Source: Planctomycetota bacterium (GTDB taxonomy: Bacteria > Planctomycetota > UBA1135 > UBA2386). From it: a stretch of 64,000 nt of DNA. Location: positions 800,001-864,000 of the forward strand of contig OZ245006.1 in the NCBI GenBank assembly GCA_965223545.1. The letters run 5' to 3'. Each line of letters starts with the position of its first letter. Within the stretch, counting starts at the first letter, position 1. Below are positions 9,132 to 17,224 of the stretch, in pieces. The position numbers and the translations under genes are program-made. Below the pieces are notes generated by a model. It saw nothing but the letters and a program-made list of their open reading frames with translations. It had not been told where the DNA came from and did no database searches.

Positions 9132-11594
9132 CTACGACGAAGGCGCCAGCAGCAGCGTGCCGAGGTCTGCCAGCTCGTCGGCGGTCAGCCGAACAGTGCG
9201 GGTCACCGTCGCCGCGCCGTCGGGGGCGATCGCCCGGATGGTGTACTCACCCGGCGGCAGCCGGTCGCGGCGGAACGCGCCGTCGGGATCGACGGGCAGC
9301 CACAGGTGGTCGTCGATCAAATGCTCTCGCGTGACCCAGCGGGCGCGCGTCAGCGACGCCCGCAAGCCCGCGACCGGCAGCCCGTGTGGTCCCGCGATCC
9401 GACCCCGCACCTCGGCGGTCGGCATCGTCGAAGAAGGCAGCCGGACGTCCTGCACTCCGCAGCCGGCATCGACGGGGATCGGCGGGCCGCACGGGCACGG
9501 AGTCTCGGGCGGCAAGACCACCAGCGCTTGCGCGGCGCCGCTCGACCGCGCGAGCGCGAACCGACCCCGCCGGTCGGTCGTCGCCGAGTCCGGTCCCGCG
9601 AGGGGTCCCGCCCCGCCGCCGCGGACCTGCACCGTCCAACCAGCCAAGGGTCCCCCATCCGGCCCGGTCAACACGCCGCGAATCGGCAGGGGCCCGGGAC
9701 GCAGGACCGGGTTCCATGCCACCGGCCCACCCGCGGCGTCCAGGCGCAGCGCCTGGGTGGCCTGCCCGAACGCGGGATGCACCGCGTGCAGCGCGATGTA
9801 GCGGTGCGGCACCGTCCGAATCACGTAGCCGCCATCAGCGGCGGACCGCACTCCCATGCCCTCCGCGCCACCTCGACACGCTCCGCGGATCAGGGCACCG
9901 GCCACCGGGTCGCCGCCCTCGTCGATGACGCGGCCGGTGATCTCGGCCGCGCGAAGATCCAGCGTGCAGCGCGTCACCGCGCCTTCGGCCACCGACACGG
10001 GCACCACCTCGCCAAGCCTGCCTTCGGCTTGGCAGACGAGGCTCGTGCGACCGACCGGAACACCATCCACCTCGAACCTCCCCCACCGGTCGCTGTGCAC
10101 CACCAGCGGCGGCGCCTGCAGCCCGCTGCGTCCGTCGGCCAACACCACGCCCCGCAGATCCGCGGTTGGTCCGCAGCGAATCCGCGCTCCCGCGATCGGT
10201 TGCCCCGAGCCGAGCACGAGGCCGGCGACCCGGCCGTGGGCGCGCGACACCTCGAGCCGCACGCGCACGACATCCCCGTGGCGCGCCGCAACGGGTGCCA
10301 GTGGCCCCGCCGCACAACCCCGCGCCCGCGCCCCCAGGTAGCGCACGCCCGACACCCCTTCGAGCCGGAACTCACCCGCAGCATCGCCGACACACGCGAC
10401 GTGGCCGTCGCGCTCGTTCTCCGCGTCCGACAACCAGATGCTCGGGTGCGCCACTCGCTCGCCGCGTTCGTCGAGGACGACGCCCGCCACCGAGTAGCCG
10501 CTGGTCACCGGGATGGTCAGCGTGCTCGAGCCCCGCGGCGAGATCGTCACCGACGCGTGCTCACCGCCGCGCGCGGCGGTGACCTGCCACGGGCCGCACT
10601 GCAGCGCGGGCACCACTGCGCAACCGCCGGTGTCGCTCTCGACCCACCGTTCGAAGAGGTCGGGGTGCGCGGTGGCCAGCGGACGCAGACGTAGCCAGCG
10701 CCGGCCCGCGGCCTGATTCGTGGAAGGCTGGAGCTGAACGACCAACGCCGGCGTGGGGTTTGGCGCAACCGCCGGCGAGACGCGACGTCGGGGCGCGGAC
10801 AGGGTTGGCACCTGCCGCCCCCGATCCGCGAGGACCGCGGACTGCATTGGCTGGCGCACACTCTCGGAGGCCGCCGGCCGCCCGCCCGCCGCGAGACTCC
10901 ACACGGCAGTCCACGCCATTGCCCCCGCCACCGCGCCAGCGCCCACTGCCGCCGAGACTCGAAGAACGCGCCGCGAGCCGCGGGGTGGCGCCTCTCGCGG
11001 CGCAGCTGCCCGCCCCGGCGCCGCAAACACCGCCTGCGCGAGCAGTGCGCACAGCGCGCCGCCGGACAGGCTCCGCCGCAGCAGCCGCAGACCGCGCAGC
11101 GTCTGCATGCGCACCGTGCCCGCCGACCGCCCCAGCTTGGCCGCAATCGCCTCGTGACTCCAACCGCGCAGCAGCCGCAGGTGGATCGGCCCCCGATACG
11201 GCTCCGGCAGACCCTCGATCGCGCGGCTCAACTCCGCCGCCTGCTCGCGCTGGGTCGCCCGCCGAAACGGATTCTCCACCGCCACGCCGAGGTCGACCTC
11301 GGTCAACGGTTGCCACCCCTGCCGCATCCCTGCACGGCGCGCGCGCCGAGCCTCGTTGTGCAGGATCGCCAACAACCACGCCACCACCGGCCGGCCCGGC
11401 GTGTACCGATCGGCGCGCTCGATCGCGATCACGAACGTCTGATGCAGCAAATCCTCGGCGGCCGTTCGATCGGGCGCCCATCGCCGGGCCGCCCCCATCA
11501 GCCGCGCGTAGGTCAGGTCGTAGACCTTGGCGAGGGCGTCCGGATCGCCGGTCGCCCTGAACTGCGCAAAGAACCGCGTTTCGCTACAATGCAT
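9132..11594 (-). CDS. ECF RNA polymerase sigma factor fused to a TM segment and carboxypeptidase-regulatory-like repeats
   Basis: Sigma region 2 (AEDLLHQTF...WLLAILHN) and region 4 (LPEPYR...SHEAIAAKLGRSAGTVRMQTLRG), a hydrophobic segment, then GxVxDxxG repeats. Confidence 0.88.
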   Translation of the reverse strand: MHCSETRFFAQFRATGDPDALAKVYDLTYARLMGAARRWAPDRTAAEDLLHQTFVIAIERADRYTPGRPVVAWLLAILHNEARRARRAGMRQGWQPLTEVDLGVAVENPFRRATQREQAAELSRAIEGLPEPYRGPIHLRLLRGWSHEAIAAKLGRSAGTVRMQTLRGLRLLRRSLSGGALCALLAQAVFAAPGRAAAPREAPPRGSRRVLRVSAAVGAGAVAGAMAWTAVWSLAAGGRPAASESVRQPMQSAVLADRGRQVPTLSAPRRRVSPAVAPNPTPALVVQLQPSTNQAAGRRWLRLRPLATAHPDLFERWVESDTGGCAVVPALQCGPWQVTAARGGEHASVTISPRGSSTLTIPVTSGYSVAGVVLDERGERVAHPSIWLSDAENERDGHVACVGDAAGEFRLEGVSGVRYLGARARGCAAGPLAPVAARHGDVVRVRLEVSRAHGRVAGLVLGSGQPIAGARIRCGPTADLRGVVLADGRSGLQAPPLVVHSDRWGRFEVDGVPVGRTSLVCQAEGRLGEVVPVSVAEGAVTRCTLDLRAAEITGRVIDEGGDPVAGALIRGACRGGAEGMGVRSAADGGYVIRTVPHRYIALHAVHPAFGQATQALRLDAAGGPVAWNPVLRPGPLPIRGVLTGPDGGPLAGWTVQVRGGGAGPLAGPDSATTDRRGRFALARSSGAAQALVVLPPETPCPCGPPIPVDAGCGVQDVRLPSSTMPTAEVRGRIAGPHGLPVAGLRASLTRARWVTREHLIDDHLWLPVDPDGAFRRDRLPPGEYTIRAIAPDGAATVTRTVRLTADELADLGTLLLAPSS

Positions 11595-11813
11595 CGCAAG
11601 CCCCGCCCGACCGAGTCGAACGCGTTGGGATCAGCACGCAGCGAGTGAGAAGTCACAGAGAATCCACCGCGTTGCCAAATCGGGCGGTTTTGTCCGGGCA
11701 GATTCTCCCGTCGGCGGCTCGTTCCGGGAGAGGTGGCGTGCGAGACCGGCCCCCCTCGATGCCCCCGCCGTGATCTGGTTCTCGGTCGTCGGCCTCTTCG
11801 GGATGGGAGTCGC

Positions 11814-13187
11814 ATGGCTGCGGGCCACCATCGAGTCCTGAGCGTGTCGGTCCGACTTGTCGCTCTCTGCCTGACAGCGCTGCCGGCCAGCGGAGCCGCT
11901 CAGGAAGCGGCGGCGGCATCGCTGGCGCACCTGCGCGATGCGGGGGCCGGCCGACCACGTCCATCGCTATGGCCTGGACCCGACAGCGAGCCGATGGATC
12001 TGCTGACATCGGAATCGCTCACCGACACCAGCAAGCTCATCGATCTGGTCGCCATGCAGGGCAGGCGGCGCTTCCGCGTCCCCCCGCAGGTGGCGATCGA
12101 CCGGGAGCGTGACGAGATCGTGGTGCGCGATGAGGGCGCGGACGAGGCGCGCCTGGACGCGCTCTTGCGCGACATGGTCGACGTGGCGGCTCCCGAGGTC
12201 ACACTGGCGGTCGCACTGCACGCCGCCGTGCCGGGTGCCGCCCCCAGCGTGCTTGGCGCAGGCGAGCTCGACCGTGCGCTGCCACCCCCGCTGCACCGGG
12301 CGACCATGGCACGCGCCGCGGCAGGAGTGGCGACGTTCGCGCTGGGGAAGGCATCCACGCGATCCCGCGTTCGTGTGCAGGCACACCGCGTGGTCGGCGG
12401 TGAGCTGGTGCTGCTCTGTGAGTTCGCCATCGCGACGCCCACCGCCGGTGGCGCAAGGCGGTGGATCGGCGGCACGGCGTCGGCGCGGATCGCCACCGGT
12501 GGCGCCATGGTGGTGGCGTTTCCGGGCGGCGCCCTGTCGGTCGAAGCGCAGTCGGCGTCGCGGCCGCCGCGCGAGCTCGTCGCGATTCCGTGCGAGCTGC
12601 TCACGGGTGGCGGGCTACGCAGCCTCCCTCCGCAGCTGGTGACGGCGGCGCCGGAGCTCACGCTGGCGCCGCCGCCCGCACGAGCGCAGCACTCGATCGA
12701 TTGGCTGCGCCAGAGGTGCCGCGAGGTCAGCACAGGCGTGCACTTCGACATCATCTCGCCGGGGCGATTGGCCGGCCTCGCAAACGGACAGGCCAAGCGC
12801 GCACGGGCGACAGCCGCGCGCGACGCGGTCGAAGCACTCGTCGGTCCTCTCGAGGCGCTCACCCTCGAGTGCACGGTGCCGGCGGCGACGAATGCGGCCG
12901 TCCCCGAGGTCGTCGTGCTGCCCACTCTGCCCGGTCGCGTGGCGGTCGTCGTGCACGCCATTCGCGAGCCGCCCATCGAGCGTGGGTGGCGCGGCGGACT
13001 CGTGGCATTGCGATGGCAACGCAAACCAGAGTCAGTGGTCAACGGCGGCGCCGTGCGCCTCCGTGGGCCCGCGCTCGGCGAGCGCGACGGCGCCGCGGTC
13101 AAAGTCGAAGACGCCCCCGTACCCCCGGGACCATCGACTCCAATCCTCGGCGCTGGCGAGCTCGTCGTGCGGGGGCGGTGGCAATGA
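11814..13187 (+). CDS. Secreted hypothetical protein (weak resemblance to secretin N-domain repeats)
   Basis: GGGAG SD before ATG 11814, signal peptide ending GAA-Q, and ATGA overlap with the next gene. Confidence 0.55.
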   Translation: MAAGHHRVLSVSVRLVALCLTALPASGAAQEAAAASLAHLRDAGAGRPRPSLWPGPDSEPMDLLTSESLTDTSKLIDLVAMQGRRRFRVPPQVAIDRERDEIVVRDEGADEARLDALLRDMVDVAAPEVTLAVALHAAVPGAAPSVLGAGELDRALPPPLHRATMARAAAGVATFALGKASTRSRVRVQAHRVVGGELVLLCEFAIATPTAGGARRWIGGTASARIATGGAMVVAFPGGALSVEAQSASRPPRELVAIPCELLTGGGLRSLPPQLVTAAPELTLAPPPARAQHSIDWLRQRCREVSTGVHFDIISPGRLAGLANGQAKRARATAARDAVEALVGPLEALTLECTVPAATNAAVPEVVVLPTLPGRVAVVVHAIREPPIERGWRGGLVALRWQRKPESVVNGGAVRLRGPALGERDGAAVKVEDAPVPPGPSTPILGAGELVVRGRWQ

Positions 13188-14782
13188 AGCACTCCCATTC
13201 CCACCGGACGGCCGCCCTCGGCTTAGCCATCGTCGGTTCCCTCTATCTTCTCTACCTCCTGTTCGGTCGCGCACCGGACTCGCCGCCGCCTCCCGCCGTC
13301 GCCACTCCCGCCGTCGCCACTCCCGCGAGCGAGTCCGATCCGCTGGCTGGAATCGAAACCGGCCGAGCACGCGCGCAGCGTTCTCGACACTCCGGTGGCC
13401 GGGGGCGAGGGCCGCTGACCGTGCAGGTCGTCGACGCCGCAACAGACGCGGCTCTGCCGACTGCCCGCGCACGGAAGCAGCGCGCGCGCACCCAACGGGC
13501 AATCCCGACAAAAGGCGCCGACCATACGGCCGACGCCAACGGCGTCATCCGAGTGGCGAAGAGCCACGAGGGAGTCGAGCTGGTCGTGTGGGCCGACGGG
13601 TATCGCGCCAAAGCGATCACCCTCGCGCTTCAACCGCAGGTCGTGCGCCTTCACCGAGGGTACCAGTTCGAGGTCTCGGTCACCGGCAGCCACGGCGCGA
13701 TCGGCGGAGCCCCCCTGGTGCTCAGCAACTCGCTGATCGGCTGGACGCAGCACCTCGCGACCGATGCGGTCGGCAATCCGCTGGCAGACTCCCCCCTCTG
13801 GGTTCGCCGGACGAACGCCGAGGGAGTGGCTCGCTTCTCCGGGTTGGCGGCGGGCAACTACCACCTCCGCATCGGGGACGGAGCGCTCTGCTTCACCGAC
13901 CTCGACGCAACCGGCTCGCTCAACTACCAGATCTCGGTGCCGTGCAGCGACCTCGACGTCCGCGTGCACGAGGCGGTCGGCATCGCGGTGGTCGCCCCGC
14001 ACGGCCGGAAGATCGAGCACGTGGAGTTCCGCTACGACTGGGGCACGACCCAACGCTCCGCCTGCAACAATCGACAACGGGCCAAAGCCCTCGCCGAGAC
14101 CCTCGAGCAGCGCTTTCCCGGAGCCCGCGCCGTCGCGACGGTGCCGGTGAACCCCAACCAGCGGGTGCGCGTCGAGGTGTTCGCGATTGCGGACGACGGC
14201 CTGGTCCACACGACCGACTGGGTGCTGCTGCCCCTCAGCGAGATCGAGGCTCCTGTTGTTCTGACGCCGCGCGAGGACCTTCCGACCGGCGAGCTCCTCG
14301 TGAGCGTCCGGGGCCCGAGCGGGCAGGTCGACGCGGTGCCGATCGTGGCCGTGGGTGCCGAAGCCAAGTTCGACCTGCTCTCGGGCACGCCGAAGCTCGT
14401 GCCCGCCGGGCACTACGAGCTGGGGCTACCGCCGCGGGCGGTCTGGCTCGAATCCGCCGAAGCCGAATCCTGTTACGTATCGCCAGGAAAGCGGACCGTC
14501 GCGGTCGTGGCGCTGCCAACCGACGTCGGCCAGGTCGCCATCGAGGTGGACGTCGCGGAGCAGGACTTCGACGTTCCGCTCGACGTCGTGCTCCGTGGTC
14601 ACGGCGCGTCCGCGATGCAAACCCTGATGCCCGGCGAGCGCACGACGTTCTCCGTTCCCACGGGGACGGTGGAGGTGGGCGTCGTCGGGTATGCGTGGCG
14701 AGACGAGATGCGGTCGGTCCGTGTTTCGAGGGGCGTGACGCGCGTGCGACTCAGTCCGCACCGGGCCCTCTCACCCAACTGA
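13184..14782 (+). CDS. Membrane-anchored carboxypeptidase regulatory-like domain protein
   Basis: TM LGLAIVGSLYLLYLLF, Pro-rich linker, and motifs VQVVDAATDAALP and TNAEGVARFSGLAAGNY. Confidence 0.75.
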   Translation: MKHSHSHRTAALGLAIVGSLYLLYLLFGRAPDSPPPPAVATPAVATPASESDPLAGIETGRARAQRSRHSGGRGRGPLTVQVVDAATDAALPTARARKQRARTQRAIPTKGADHTADANGVIRVAKSHEGVELVVWADGYRAKAITLALQPQVVRLHRGYQFEVSVTGSHGAIGGAPLVLSNSLIGWTQHLATDAVGNPLADSPLWVRRTNAEGVARFSGLAAGNYHLRIGDGALCFTDLDATGSLNYQISVPCSDLDVRVHEAVGIAVVAPHGRKIEHVEFRYDWGTTQRSACNNRQRAKALAETLEQRFPGARAVATVPVNPNQRVRVEVFAIADDGLVHTTDWVLLPLSEIEAPVVLTPREDLPTGELLVSVRGPSGQVDAVPIVAVGAEAKFDLLSGTPKLVPAGHYELGLPPRAVWLESAEAESCYVSPGKRTVAVVALPTDVGQVAIEVDVAEQDFDVPLDVVLRGHGASAMQTLMPGERTTFSVPTGTVEVGVVGYAWRDEMRSVRVSRGVTRVRLSPHRALSPN

Positions 14783-14786
14783 GATT

Positions 14787-16373
14787 TCAACCACCGGCGG
14801 CGCCGCCGGCGCGCGCCGCGCCCACCAACTGCACGCCACCACCGCCCCACCGGACCGCGGGCACGTACGCGTCCACCGGAGTCCGCGACCAGACTGCGCC
14901 ACGGCTGCGTTCGTCTGCATTCGCGAACCGGTAGCGATAGCGCCGAATCCGCACCTGTGTCGGCCGCTGATCGCCGAACGGCGCGGTCGCGAACAGCGCC
15001 AGCACTTCGGGTCTCGCCTGTAGCAGCCCTCGCACCAGCCCGGCGAAGAACGCCTGGTGGTCGTGCGGCGGCGCCGCCGCCAACCACCACAGGTTGAAGT
15101 TGAGATAGCGGTGGTAGGGGCCGTACTGCCGTGGCGCCTGCTGGAGCGGTCCGGGATAGCCGGCGACTTCGTACTCGTGCCATTGGACCCCGTCGGTCGT
15201 GCCTTCGAACACCAGCACCAGGCGCTCGCTGACGACGCGCGCGAACAGGTTGTAGTGGCCGACCAGGTGCAGCGGCTCGACCGCGCGCTCGATGGCAGTC
15301 TCGAGCCGACGCGGAGCCCCGACGGCCGACACCTGGTCGATCTGGCGCGCGAGCCCGATGCCGCCGAGCAGCGGCACCAGCACCCATGCGAACCGAGGGG
15401 ACAGCGCGACCGCCGGCGACCGGCCCGCGGCGGCGGCCCGACCCAAGAAACGATCGTCGAGCAAGGTCAACAGCACGCCGGCAGTCACCAGGTTGAGCCA
15501 CCGGTAGTTGGCGCTGGCAGCGATTCCCACCATCAGCACCAACCCGGCGAGCGCCGCCACCCGCCGCGGCCAGCCGGCGACGAAGTAGAGCCACGGCAGG
15601 ACGACCTCCACCACCAGCACGAACGCCGTCAACGCGGCGAGCACCCACGGCGGCAGCGCGGCGAACCACGGCGTCGTCGCCGACGGGAAGGGCAGCGTCT
15701 GCAGGTGGGTCGCCACCGCGCTCAGGTCGAGCCAGCGCGGATCGCCGGCCAGCAGCTTGGCGACTCCGCAGCCGAACATGACGCGAAACGCGACCCACCA
15801 GACCAACCAGCGCGCCCACACCGGCGGCTCCCGGCGGCCAGAGCCCGACCACATTCCGCCGGGTAGCACGAACGGCAGCAGAAACCCGACCTCGAGGGTG
15901 AGCTGGTCTGGCGCCCACGCGAAGAAGCCGCCGCCGACGTCGCCAGGGTCGACGGCGGTGAACGACAGGTAGCAGATCCAGCAGGCAACCGCAGCGGAAC
16001 GCGCCGCGACCCCGACGGCCAGCAGAGTGGCGCTGACCCCGCCGGCCACCGCGAGGGCACGCAGCAGGGCATCGCTGCCCCACAGGTCGAGCTCGGCCAG
16101 CCAGAGCAGCGACGGCACGTGCCAGAGCGCAAGACCGCCGTGCGCACGCCACTGTTGCTGCAAGACCTCGCGAAAGTGGTAGATGCCGTGCTCGCCGACC
16201 AGCCCCGGCGCCTGGTCGTACAACGACCAAAACGCGCAGCCGTAGGCCACCGCCATCACCCGCGCCAACAGCCAGAATCCGGCCGACCAGCCCTGCGGTG
16301 GCGTGGTGGCACGCGCCGTGCATCCGCCCGCCGCACGCAACCGGTGCCAGCCCCAGCGACCCCACTTCTTCAC
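14787..16373 (-). CDS. Lipase maturation factor (LMF1) family membrane protein
   Basis: Motifs AFWSLYDQAPGLVGEHGI, LEVGFL, FRVMFGCGVAKL..GDPRW.DL, SANY.WLNL, YNLFARV...R, PYH.YLNFNLW and RYRYRF. The start is estimated. Confidence 0.88.
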   Translation of the reverse strand: MKKWGRWGWHRLRAAGGCTARATTPPQGWSAGFWLLARVMAVAYGCAFWSLYDQAPGLVGEHGIYHFREVLQQQWRAHGGLALWHVPSLLWLAELDLWGSDALLRALAVAGGVSATLLAVGVAARSAAVACWICYLSFTAVDPGDVGGGFFAWAPDQLTLEVGFLLPFVLPGGMWSGSGRREPPVWARWLVWWVAFRVMFGCGVAKLLAGDPRWLDLSAVATHLQTLPFPSATTPWFAALPPWVLAALTAFVLVVEVVLPWLYFVAGWPRRVAALAGLVLMVGIAASANYRWLNLVTAGVLLTLLDDRFLGRAAAAGRSPAVALSPRFAWVLVPLLGGIGLARQIDQVSAVGAPRRLETAIERAVEPLHLVGHYNLFARVVSERLVLVFEGTTDGVQWHEYEVAGYPGPLQQAPRQYGPYHRYLNFNLWWLAAAPPHDHQAFFAGLVRGLLQARPEVLALFATAPFGDQRPTQVRIRRYRYRFANADERSRGAVWSRTPVDAYVPAVRWGGGGVQLVGAARAGGAAGG

Positions 16374-16498
16374 GCGACCATGATAGTGCAGACCGCCGGG
16401 CCCGACACGCCCCCCCCGGCGACGGACGAAGCTTGCCGCCGAGCGCGCACTCGGTGATCCTCGACTCCCGAACACGCCGCTCGCACGCGAACAGCACC

Positions 16499-17215
16499 AT
16501 GGGCAGGGCCTACCAGAACCGCAAGGACTCGATCGCCAAGACCTCCGACCAGAAGGCCAAGGTCTACAGCAAGTACGGCCGCGAGATCTACGTCGCCGCC
16601 AAGACCGGCGACCCGGACCCGGTCAGCAACCCGACGCTGAAGTCACTGATCGACCGCGCCAAGCGCGACCAGGTGCCGGCGCACGTGATCGAGCGCGCCA
16701 TCGAGAAGGCCCGCGGCGGCGCCGGCGAGGACTTCGCGCCAGCGCGCTACGAGGGCTACGGCCCCGGCGGCGTGATGGTGATCGTCGAGTGCCTGACCGA
16801 CAACCCGACGCGCACGTTCAACGAGGTGCGCGCCGCCTTCAACAAGGCCAAGGCCAAGCTCGGCAACGCCGGGTCGGTGAGCCACATGTTCGACCACTGC
16901 GCGATCTTCGTGTTCGCCGCCGATGGCGAAGACGAAGTGCTGGAGGCGTTGTTGGCGGCCGACGTCGACGTCACCGACGTCGAGCACACGGACGGCAAGG
17001 CGACGGTCTTCACCCCCAACACCGAGTACGGCCGCGCCAAGCAGGCGCTGACGGCCGCCTTCGCCGATCTCGAGTTCGAGCTCGACGAGATCCAGTTCGT
17101 GCCGCAGAACACCGCTGCACTGGAGGGCGAAGACGCCGCCGGCCTCGACAAGCTGATCGCCTTGCTCGAGGACTTGGACGACGTCCAACGCGTGTTCCAC
17201 AGCGCCGCCGGCTGA
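16499..17215 (+). CDS. yebC: YebC/PmpR family protein (YeeN-like subgroup)
   Basis: MGRAYQNRK...KVYSKYGREI, RYEGYGPGG, LTDNPTRT, LEDLDDVQRVFH. Confidence 0.95.
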   Translation: MGRAYQNRKDSIAKTSDQKAKVYSKYGREIYVAAKTGDPDPVSNPTLKSLIDRAKRDQVPAHVIERAIEKARGGAGEDFAPARYEGYGPGGVMVIVECLTDNPTRTFNEVRAAFNKAKAKLGNAGSVSHMFDHCAIFVFAADGEDEVLEALLAADVDVTDVEHTDGKATVFTPNTEYGRAKQALTAAFADLEFELDEIQFVPQNTAALEGEDAAGLDKLIALLEDLDDVQRVFHSAAG

Positions 17216-17224
17216 GCGCGTGCC

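Noticed and set aside
13290..13326. 15-bp tandem repeat CTCCCGCCGTCGCCA x2.5
   Set aside because: An in-frame PAVAT linker duplication, not a CRISPR or phase-variable tract.
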